In this document: positions 1 through 7,342 of the stretch, one piece after another | Layout of the letters: every line of letters begins with the position of its first letter | Position numbering within the stretch: position 1 is the first letter of the stretch | Origin: an uncultured Erysipelotrichaceae bacterium | GTDB lineage: Bacteria; Bacillota_I; Bacilli_A; RFN20; CAG-826 | Length of the DNA: 41,785 nt | Direction of reading: 5' to 3' | Assembly (NCBI GenBank): GCA_946183085.1 | Contig: CAMGZU010000004.1 | Span: 1-41,785, forward strand | Notes under the pieces: model-generated | Told to the model about the DNA's origin: nothing | Databases searched by the model: none | The model's input: the letters and a program-made list of their open reading frames with translations, nothing else | Translations under genes and position numbers: made by a program

Positions 1-416
1 ATCTCTTCGCTGTGTTTTGTTTTCACTTTATCGAAAGAGGCAACAAACTCAAGGTTCTCTCTGGGCATCTGGAGATTGGACATGATCTTGCCATATACCT
101 TAAGAAGGGCGTCTTTCTCTGGGAAGTCTGGGCGAGACAAAATGTAGTTCAGAGACTGAGAAAGGACGCCTTTCTCCTCTTCTGACAGTTCTGCGGAAGG
201 GAGCATCGCATAACCCGTAAGGTAATATCCGCCTTCCTTGCCTGGCTTATAGTCAATGTAACAGCCTGTTTGAAATTCAAGTTTATTGATCTCCTTGCGG
301 TAGGCGATGATTCGGCGCGGGCTCGCCTCCAGTTGTTCGGCAAGTTCTAAAATCTTAAACCTCTTGCCCGTCGCAAGAAGCTGAAGCATATAAATACAAT
401 TAGCCGTCTTGTCCAT
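1..416 (-). CDS. YafY/WYL-family transcriptional regulator, N-terminal winged-HTH part; runs off the left window edge (absent from ORF track)
   Basis: Manual translation from ATG at 416 is open to the edge: MDKTANCIYMLQLLATGKRFKILELAEQLEASPRRIIAYRKEINKLEFQTGCYIDYKPGKEGGYYLTGYAMLPSAELSEEEKGVL... The ELAEQLEASPRRI helix-turn-helix, GxxGGYYL wing and LxxEE segment are typical of HTH_11-WYL proteins. The WYL domain itself would lie outside the window. Confidence 0.8.
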   Translation of the reverse strand, partial: MDKTANCIYMLQLLATGKRFKILELAEQLEASPRRIIAYRKEINKLEFQTGCYIDYKPGKEGGYYLTGYAMLPSAELSEEEKGVLSQSLNYILSRPDFPEKDALLKVYGKIMSNLQMPRENLEFVASFDKVKTKHSEE

Positions 417-436
417 CTTGTTATTAAAATAATAAG
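417..436. promoter_or_regulatory. Imperfect palindrome, candidate operator directly upstream of the regulator start codon
   Basis: CTTGTTATT-AA-AATAATAAG, 8 of 9 positions complementary; AT-rich so partly expected by chance. Confidence 0.35.
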
Positions 437-516
437 GCTTTAGCCCGATTTCACTAAGCTTACCTGTTCGGAAATGGGTGTGACCGCCAAATTGATAATC
501 GCGCAGGCGTTTGCCC

Positions 517-544
517 TTGTGAGTTGACGCTTCGCCAATATACT
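517..544 (+). promoter_or_regulatory. Putative sigma-A promoter of the 589-2774 operon
   Basis: TTGTGA (517-522), 16-nt spacer, TATACT (539-544); SD AAAGGAG precedes ATG 589. Confidence 0.4.
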
Positions 545-588
545 ATAAGCATCATTTAAAGAACGTTGTTGCGACAAAGGAGCCATAC

Positions 589-1173
589 ATGAATAAAGAA
601 AACCTTTTTGCCGGTGAGCCCTACGAGGCGTTTGTCAGTTTTGAAGGTTGCCGTTTGCAATTTGCTTTGGCGAGGAAATGCAGGCTATATCGCTTTGATA
701 AGCTCATCGGAATCGACATTGCCGTAAACTTCGAACACATCGACCGGGAACTCTTATATAAACTCCCCCTCATCGAAGAGCAAGAGGATGACGGCGGACC
801 TGACGATCTCTATTTGAGTGCCAAAATATGGGGATGGAATGTCGAAAGCAAGCAATTCGTGGATCTCGGCACCTATGATTTCCCGATCGTATCCAAAGAC
901 TGGGCAAAACAAGAATTACGTGTACCAACCGAATTCCTAAGCGAAAACTTCGAATTCACCATCGCCCTAGAATACAAACTTTGCAGAACCAGCCACATTG
1001 CGATGGGCCTCTTCAAAAAACATTACGTAAAGCACGTATACGCAACAAAAGATCCCAACAAAATTGAATTGACCACCCAAATAACTCGAGTTGGAGGAAC
1101 GAACATCGAGGAAGAGACGGGAGACGATGTCAATTCCGCGTTGGAGGACCTTCTTTCCAGCAGGGGCATTTGA
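589..1173 (+). CDS. Hypothetical protein (194 aa, beta-rich, acidic tail)
   Basis: Long ORF with AAAGGAG SD; first gene of a tightly packed operon; no family recognised. Confidence 0.75.
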   Translation: MNKENLFAGEPYEAFVSFEGCRLQFALARKCRLYRFDKLIGIDIAVNFEHIDRELLYKLPLIEEQEDDGGPDDLYLSAKIWGWNVESKQFVDLGTYDFPIVSKDWAKQELRVPTEFLSENFEFTIALEYKLCRTSHIAMGLFKKHYVKHVYATKDPNKIELTTQITRVGGTNIEEETGDDVNSALEDLLSSRGI

Positions 1174-1175
1174 CG

Positions 1176-2267
1176 ATGCACACAAACATTTTCAGAGATC
1201 TTAGTAAACTTGCCGAAGAATCTAACCAAAATGGTTATCAAGCCAATTTCGATAACGAAACCGTCCGAAAATTGAATGGTTCTCTTTCGAATCAGCCAAA
1301 GATCGATATTCGCAACACCTATACAGCGTTTTTCTATTTCGCGGCGATCAACTATCTGAACGCCGCCACCAAGCACAACAAAGCAATTGGCTATCGGTTC
1401 AAGTCCTGCCTTCCGCGCATCGTGACCGAATGCTATAAAAAGCGCATCCCAGATGTAAGGTTTTATTTAACGAAAGACGGAAAGGGCGAAGTTCTTTATT
1501 GCCTATTCGGGGAAAGTTTTACCTTTTCATTCCACTCTCCTTCGATTAATGAACCAACGCTGAAAACGGCGCTCGAGAGGGCTAAACCAATTCGTTTTGA
1601 CGGAATAAGGAAGCAGCTGTGTGCCGACCGAATACTCCAAAAAGCAGCCGACCTTCTAAAAGGGCCAACCCAAAAAGCCCAAACCGCAGTCTCCAAGCCT
1701 AGTGCGCGCGATCAAAGTACGTCTTATTCCAATCGAAATGGCAAAGCCTCTTCTGCTCCGACCAATTTTGAAATCTACTCAATCGGGAAAGTCATCGATG
1801 ATTTCCATCTCAATCGTTTGATTTCAAACCCGCAAACCCGAGAGAACGTTGCGGTTGTGATTTCCACACTCTATTTTTATGCGGATCTCATTAGGGAAAC
1901 CAACCTTCCACACCACATTCGGAAAGAATTTTTCCGAGAGATGGTCACTCAATCATTTAGCGTAGTTGAAGCGGTAGAAATCGATATCGGACGTTTAATT
2001 GCTAGGCGCAACGGCAAAGACCTTCCCTCCGACCACGGAAAAGATCCCAAAGAAGACCAACAGATCTGCGTCAATTTGTGCCACAAGGAATTCCCGATGG
2101 AACCATCGACATCCAGGCTATATACGGAATATAAGCAATTACGACACAACGTGCACCTATGTAAGGAACAACAAATTATCAATAGTAGTTATTACACAGA
2201 AGAGACGACAGAGGATTGGTTTGAATTTATGCACCAATATTTGAATTATCTCGCTAGCAACATATAA
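1176..2267 (+). CDS. Two-domain protein with putative C-terminal HEPN-like domain (start ATG 1176 or TTG 1170)
   Basis: N-terminal globular domain (FSFHSP...FDGIRKQ), S/T/A-rich linker, then helical domain with SVVEAV and LRHNVHL motifs resembling HEPN E...RxxxH. CDS certain, function tentative. Confidence 0.6.
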   Translation: MHTNIFRDLSKLAEESNQNGYQANFDNETVRKLNGSLSNQPKIDIRNTYTAFFYFAAINYLNAATKHNKAIGYRFKSCLPRIVTECYKKRIPDVRFYLTKDGKGEVLYCLFGESFTFSFHSPSINEPTLKTALERAKPIRFDGIRKQLCADRILQKAADLLKGPTQKAQTAVSKPSARDQSTSYSNRNGKASSAPTNFEIYSIGKVIDDFHLNRLISNPQTRENVAVVISTLYFYADLIRETNLPHHIRKEFFREMVTQSFSVVEAVEIDIGRLIARRNGKDLPSDHGKDPKEDQQICVNLCHKEFPMEPSTSRLYTEYKQLRHNVHLCKEQQIINSSYYTEETTEDWFEFMHQYLNYLASNI

Positions 2268-2294
2268 TTACTAGAATTGCAGGAGAAAATTATC

Positions 2295-2774
2295 ATGGCG
2301 AAACCATTTAAATTATCACGCCGAGAGAGAGAACAAGCGAATAATCAAAGCGCCGGCCACCAAGACACCCGGGATAAATTCGGCGATAAAAAAGCAGAAT
2401 GGTCAACTGGTGAACCTCCTTTCGCTTTGGTGGCAAAAATAGAGAAAGGCGCTGGCGTCGTCGAAAAGGGCGTGTTTAATAAGAAAGAGGCTTATAACGC
2501 CAGTTTGGCTGTGAGAACCATCGGAAACGTCGCCTCCCTTACTGCTTTTTATGTAACAAAAGAAGCTACCGGGACTCGGAAAATTAAACTTGTCAAAAAG
2601 GCCGAGCAAAAGTATAGCGAAGACGCGATGGATACGTTATACGTTGGCGCTTTTGATGCCCCTCTTAATTTGATTCAAGGCAAATTCCTCATCGTTACAG
2701 TTCACTGCACATTTAAGGCGGGGTTTTTGAAGAGGAAACTCCAGAAAGTTACTGTGTATTTGCCAATACGATAG
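2295..2774 (+). CDS. Hypothetical basic protein (159 aa)
   Basis: AGGAG at 2281-2285 favours ATG 2295 over the track's TTG 2277; followed by a terminator. Confidence 0.75.
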   Translation: MAKPFKLSRREREQANNQSAGHQDTRDKFGDKKAEWSTGEPPFALVAKIEKGAGVVEKGVFNKKEAYNASLAVRTIGNVASLTAFYVTKEATGTRKIKLVKKAEQKYSEDAMDTLYVGAFDAPLNLIQGKFLIVTVHCTFKAGFLKRKLQKVTVYLPIR

Positions 2775-2812
2775 AGAACAACGGTGGCCGTTGGCCGTCC
2801 CTAAACTTGATT

Positions 2813-2843
2813 CCCGCCTAGTGAAAGGCGGGTTTCTTTGTTT
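2813..2843 (+). terminator. Intrinsic terminator of the three-gene operon
   Basis: CCCGCCT-AGTGAA-AGGCGGG then TTTCTTTGTTT. Confidence 0.75.
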
Positions 2844-2931
2844 ACAGGACTGTTTATCAATCCGGCGATAGCCTATTTCAGAGAGAGCAAAGAAAGGCTC
2901 ATCGCAAACCAAGGGTCAATTCATTGATGTT

Positions 2932-3957
2932 TCAAACGTCGAAGGCTAAATCGTTCTTCTCGATGGTGGAGAGCCGTTCAACGTCAAGATTCGTCAGATC
3001 ATTCAAACGTCTTGCCTGACGGTAAACGCTGTCTTCGAACAGGTTTCGGGCGTCCCGCGCATTCGCATGATGGTTTCCCGTCTTGCGGAAATAAGTTTGC
3101 GCGTATGCCTTTGCGTCTTCGCTTAGGCAATAGTCGTTCTCCAAGAAGAACCCTTCGAAGATCGTGTAGAGATTCTCCCAGTCATAATCCTCGAAATGGA
3201 TGTTGGTCTTGAAGCGGGAAGCAAGGCCAGGGTTGGCCTCCAAGAAGCCTTTCATCCGCTCCTCGTAACCCGCGCAGATGACCACCAAGTCGTCGCGATG
3301 GTCCTCCATGAATTTGGTGATGGTATCGATTGCCTCCACGCCATATTCATCGCGGTCGCCATGATAAAGGGCATAGGCTTCGTCGATGAACAAGACGCCG
3401 CCAAGCGCCTTTTCTAAGACTTTTCTCGTCTTGATGGCGGTTTGCCCGGTATAGGCGGCGACGAGCTGGCTGCGGTCCGCCTCGACGAGGTGGCCTTTCG
3501 AGAGGATGCCGAGGGCGTTATAAAGCCGCGCGACGATCCTCGCCACCGTGGTCTTGCCCGTCCCCGGATTCCCTAGGAAAAGAAGATGCCTCGTCGTCGT
3601 TGGCACCTTTAGTCCCATCATCTTGCGGATGCGGGCGTTTTTTACCTGGCAAACGATGTCTTCGATCTGCGTCTTGACCCCAGCTAATCCCGTTAGGGCA
3701 GAGAGCTCATGAAGCGGGTCTTTCAAACGGGCGTTGATGGCGTTGATCTCTTCTTGACACTTCTCTTGTTTCCCCTTTTGAAGCATTTCGGGGTTCAAAA
3801 GGCGCAGTCCCCCTAAGTCAAAGGAGTCTTTGGTATAGGTTGCAATCCGCTCCTTAAAGCGGACGCGGATGGTGTTGGCGGGACCGATGGAGAGAATCTC
3901 CCCCTGCTCACCTTGTTTGTTTTCTACTGGCTGTCCGATGTAGGAATCGTCAATCAT
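2932..3957 (-). CDS. AAA+ ATPase, SpoVK/CbxX/EccA-like family, with small N-terminal beta domain
   Basis: Walker A GNPGTGKT, LVAAYTGQTAIKT pore-loop region, Walker B VLFIDEAY, NPGLASRF second region of homology, NARDARN sensor-2 region; SD AAAGGAG. Confidence 0.9.
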   Translation of the reverse strand: MIDDSYIGQPVENKQGEQGEILSIGPANTIRVRFKERIATYTKDSFDLGGLRLLNPEMLQKGKQEKCQEEINAINARLKDPLHELSALTGLAGVKTQIEDIVCQVKNARIRKMMGLKVPTTTRHLLFLGNPGTGKTTVARIVARLYNALGILSKGHLVEADRSQLVAAYTGQTAIKTRKVLEKALGGVLFIDEAYALYHGDRDEYGVEAIDTITKFMEDHRDDLVVICAGYEERMKGFLEANPGLASRFKTNIHFEDYDWENLYTIFEGFFLENDYCLSEDAKAYAQTYFRKTGNHHANARDARNLFEDSVYRQARRLNDLTNLDVERLSTIEKNDLAFDV

Positions 3958-4095
3958 CCGTCTCTCCTTTCAGTTCTTCCATTTCGATGGCCTTTTTTGA
4001 AAAAGGCGTTTGTTTCATTGGGCCATAAGCGGGGAGGGGGAAGCCCCTCCGCCGCTTGGCCAGACGCTTGGATTTCCAATGGCATCCAAATTGGA

Positions 4096-4548
4096 TTAGG
4101 CAGAACGGCGATTGTTATGGGCTTCTTTCTCTCGTCGCACCAATCCCATGACGATTCCTTCGCGATGATCCAGCAATTCAAGGAAGGCTTCTACCGGGTC
4201 GCAGAATCCTTTTTTGATCTCCACTTGGAACCAGAGGCTGATGGAGCCATCCGGACAGCAAGTGCAGCCCTCAAAGGGATAATTGTTCCGATCCTTCAAG
4301 AACTCATAGATCACGCGCAGGTCGCTTCGCTTGCCTGGATGGAAGCAAACCGTGATCTCCGCCCGGTTCACCTCTCGTTTTTTGGAGAAGACCGGGTTGA
4401 AGTAATGACGGATCTGAATGACCTCGTCCCCTCGAGGGCGAGGGGCGAGGTAAGTGGTCTCATCGAATCCCCAATGCGGGAAGATGTCTCCCATCATCGG
4501 GAAGTAGCCTCTTTGTTGGAGGCCTTCGCTAAGCTGAGCGAATCTCAC
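4096..4548 (-). CDS. Hypothetical protein (150 aa), possibly YbjN/CesT-like alpha-beta fold
   Basis: GTG start overlaps the upstream TGA (GTGA coupling at 4545-4548); fold guess from NNYPFEGCTCCPDGSISLWF pattern only. Confidence 0.65.
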   Translation of the reverse strand: MRFAQLSEGLQQRGYFPMMGDIFPHWGFDETTYLAPRPRGDEVIQIRHYFNPVFSKKREVNRAEITVCFHPGKRSDLRVIYEFLKDRNNYPFEGCTCCPDGSISLWFQVEIKKGFCDPVEAFLELLDHREGIVMGLVRREKEAHNNRRSA

Positions 4549-5192
4549 TGATGATTCGCCTCCTTAGCTTTTCCGGCCGGTTTCTCGATGTCCTCTTCGA
4601 AGCGATCCGTGATCACCTTGAATTCCATGGACTCGGAATCGGTGAGGATGATCGGGTAGTCGACGTAGATGTCGGAGGCGGCACCGGCCTTGATGGCCTT
4701 TATGATGCGGGCCTCTGGGTCTTCGCCCTCCGAGGAGAGGAGACTGCCAATCGCCTGGTCTTCCCCGCTTCCGATCGCGGCGTAGTCATCAATCTCGAGC
4801 ACACAGCCATCGGTATTGATGAGGAAGAGCTGGTCCTTGTAGATGAAGAGGTAACAGGATTCCGTGTGCTCCAGGTACTTATCATCTTTGAGATAGCCGG
4901 CTTCGCGGAGGGCCTTGACGATCTCGGGGACAACCCGTTTGACGACGTAGCGATATCCCACGCGGTTTTGGTAGACGTCGTAATCGGTCACCAAGTCGTC
5001 CATGAGGCGGACGATGTTGGCGTCCCTGACGTTACCCACATGGGCCATCAGGCACGCAGGCGTATTCCCGACCTGCCAGATCTTGTAGTTGTTGGGGTTT
5101 TTGAGGGTGGATCTCGTTCCGCCTTTCGTCACTTGGGAGTCTGCGCCAACGTAGACCTTCCCGTTTTCTTTAATTGCTACAACCAAACTCAT
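4545..5192 (-). CDS. Proteasome beta-subunit/HslV-like Ntn-hydrolase protease with N-terminal Ser
   Basis: After Met removal: Ser1, Asp17 in GADSQ, Lys36 in YKI (Lys33 equivalent), AIGSG motif; SD AGGAGGT at 5201-5207. Confidence 0.85.
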   Translation of the reverse strand: MSLVVAIKENGKVYVGADSQVTKGGTRSTLKNPNNYKIWQVGNTPACLMAHVGNVRDANIVRLMDDLVTDYDVYQNRVGYRYVVKRVVPEIVKALREAGYLKDDKYLEHTESCYLFIYKDQLFLINTDGCVLEIDDYAAIGSGEDQAIGSLLSSEGEDPEARIIKAIKAGAASDIYVDYPIILTDSESMEFKVITDRFEEDIEKPAGKAKEANHQ

Positions 5193-5787
5193 CTCTTATT
5201 ACCTCCTGTTTGTTGTTCTTGGAGCGGCGCTTGCCGTCTTGATGTGGGGTTGCCGCCGGATCTTGGCGGCTTGGCCTTTTGCTGCTGGGCCCTTGGTGAT
5301 GGTTCTTTTGCTTTTCACCTCCTTGTTTTGGCCTGACCATTATTCGAGCCAATGTTCCATCATCCATGTAGCAATTCAAATTTCTTCTTTTTTCTTTTCC
5401 TTTCGCTCACTTTCTGGGGTTCCCCGGTTTTGGGCGAGGCCCCATATATAGGGAAAAGGAACGCGAAAGGGTGGGTGTTTATGCGAAAAAAGAGGCGTTT
5501 TCGAAACGGAACGCCATCTTTTTAATACTTAGTATTAGCTAGCAAAAAAGGCGGTTTTTTAAAATTTTTTTGCCCGCTTTCTTGGTTTTGTGCAACATGC
5601 ACAGGGTTTCTATATTTTCGGTTTTCAAGACTTGTTTTTCGATTATTGAAATGGGGCCGTCCCATCGAAAAACGAATCGCGATCGCGGATCTCAAAAACC
5701 TCGAGGATTGAGGCAAAAGAAAAAGCCCGCAACGGGGGCGAAAAATAATTTGATACTAATATTTTGCCCCAAACGAAAAACTAACGC

Positions 5788-5823
5788 AAAAAATTGACCG
5801 CCATTTTTTTCGGCGGTCAATTT
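5788..5823 (-). terminator. Intrinsic terminator of the GH13 gene
   Basis: 12-bp stem AAATTGACCGCC/GGCGGTCAATTT ending in a U-run on the minus strand. Confidence 0.85.
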
Positions 5824-5828
5824 GCTTT

Positions 5829-7331
5829 CTATTTGAGGACGATTGCCGCGTGGCGTTTTAAGACGAGAGTTTTACCTTCTTCTTTGACGTCACCCAGCTG
5901 ATGGATGATCTTTTGTCCTTTCGGATCGACCTTCAGGTCGGTGTCCTTCAGGTTGAGGTAGACGCGGATCTTGCCACGGGAATAAGCAAGGGCTTCGTTC
6001 AAGTATTCGAAGTCATTGCTTCTAAGGTCTTCTTCTTGATTACGGAGCGCGACCAGTTTCTTGACTTCATTGAGGAGAGAGTTCGGATTCCTTTCCTCTT
6101 CCTCGACGGTTGGGTCGCCTTCGATCGTTGGAAGAAAGGTGTGGTCCGCTTTCGAGAAGCCGGCGTTCTTGGAAGAATCCCAGCGCATGGGCGTGCGGGA
6201 GCCGGTGCGTTGATAACCACCTTCAAAGGACGGGAGTTTGAGGTTGGTATGGGCGCCAAGCTCATCGCCAAAATAGAGATAAGGGACGCCTGGCATCGTG
6301 AAGAGGAAGAGATAGGCGAGGCGAAGCTCTTCGTCGTTGAGGTAATTCGCGATGCGCCACGTATCGTGGTTGCCCGAGATGATGGAAAGGCGTCCTCCCA
6401 AAGCCTTATAGGCTTTGACGCGGTCTAAGATGTCCTTAAGGCATTCTTGATAACGCTTCTCGTCGTATTTGTGAAGAAGAGGTGCAGGAGCATCGTCGTG
6501 GCTACGGAAGAGCATATGGGAGAAGTTGTCCCAATGATCCAAGACGAAGTCGGAGGAGAAGCCAGCTTTTAAAGACCGCCAGGGATTGCTCCATTCGGAA
6601 GTCATATAGAAATCTTTATAGCCATCCTTCTTGAGGTCTTTGAGGATCGTTTGCCAAAGCTCGATGGTCGCGACTTTCTCATCGTCGTTTTTGACGAGGG
6701 AATCCGCCATGTCGACGCGGAAGCCATCCACCCCATAATCGAGCCAGAACTTCATGATCTTCTCGAGATAATCTTTGCCCTTGGCTTCCTTATAGGGAAT
6801 CTGCCATTTGGGCTCGGTGATCTTGTAGAAGCCATAGTTGATGGCAGGCTGATGGACGAAGAAATTGACCATGTAGCAGGCGTGGCGGTCATAAAGCCCG
6901 CTCACCATGCGGTATCCTGGCGTCAAATCCCAAGGGTTCTCGTTCCAAATAAAGAGGTCATATTTGTCATTGCGGACCCCTTTGCCAGATTCCAAGAAGT
7001 CTTTGTTCTCCCAAGACATATGGCCGGGGACCAAATCCAAGAAGAGGCGCATCCCCAAAGAATGCATCTTCTCAACCAAGCCTTTGAGTTCTTCGTTGGT
7101 GCCAAAGCGGGGAGAGACCTTAAAAGGATCTCTCACGTCGTAGCCGCCATCTAGGAATGGCGAATCGTAGATCGGGTTGAGCCAAATGGCGTTGAAGCCA
7201 AGCCCTTTGATGTAAGGAAGCTTCTCTTCGATGCCTCTCAAATCGCCAAAGCCATCGCCGTTGGCGTCATAAAACGAGTTGGGGTAGATCTCATAGAAAA
7301 CGAGGTCTTTGAAGGCGGGGAGTTCGCTCAT
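5829..7331 (-). CDS. GH13 alpha-amylase-family glycosidase (alpha-glucosidase/trehalose-synthase-like)
   Basis: YEIYPNSFYDANGDGFGDL N-terminus; catalytic GFRVDMA, SEW, NHD; RTPMRW. Confidence 0.92.
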   Translation of the reverse strand: MSELPAFKDLVFYEIYPNSFYDANGDGFGDLRGIEEKLPYIKGLGFNAIWLNPIYDSPFLDGGYDVRDPFKVSPRFGTNEELKGLVEKMHSLGMRLFLDLVPGHMSWENKDFLESGKGVRNDKYDLFIWNENPWDLTPGYRMVSGLYDRHACYMVNFFVHQPAINYGFYKITEPKWQIPYKEAKGKDYLEKIMKFWLDYGVDGFRVDMADSLVKNDDEKVATIELWQTILKDLKKDGYKDFYMTSEWSNPWRSLKAGFSSDFVLDHWDNFSHMLFRSHDDAPAPLLHKYDEKRYQECLKDILDRVKAYKALGGRLSIISGNHDTWRIANYLNDEELRLAYLFLFTMPGVPYLYFGDELGAHTNLKLPSFEGGYQRTGSRTPMRWDSSKNAGFSKADHTFLPTIEGDPTVEEEERNPNSLLNEVKKLVALRNQEEDLRSNDFEYLNEALAYSRGKIRVYLNLKDTDLKVDPKGQKIIHQLGDVKEEGKTLVLKRHAAIVLK

Positions 7332-7342
7332 ATGTTTTCTCC

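Noticed and set aside
149-343. 64-aa minus-strand ORF from the track
   Set aside because: Out-of-frame shadow inside the HTH regulator gene (1-416).
3954-4181. 75-aa ORF apparently coupled to the AAA+ gene
   Set aside because: Overlaps the 150-aa gene by 86 nt, starts with TTG without an SD and reads through a GC hairpin; the ATPase has its own SD.
5170-5379. 69-aa ORF upstream of the protease
   Set aside because: Low-complexity hydrophilic sequence running through hairpins and over the protease SD and start; cannot be supported as a gene, though not excluded.
5540-5790. AT-rich intergenic stretch as dif site, oriT or att site
   Set aside because: No match to the Bacillota dif consensus that I can see, no direct repeat partner and no recombinase or relaxase in the window.
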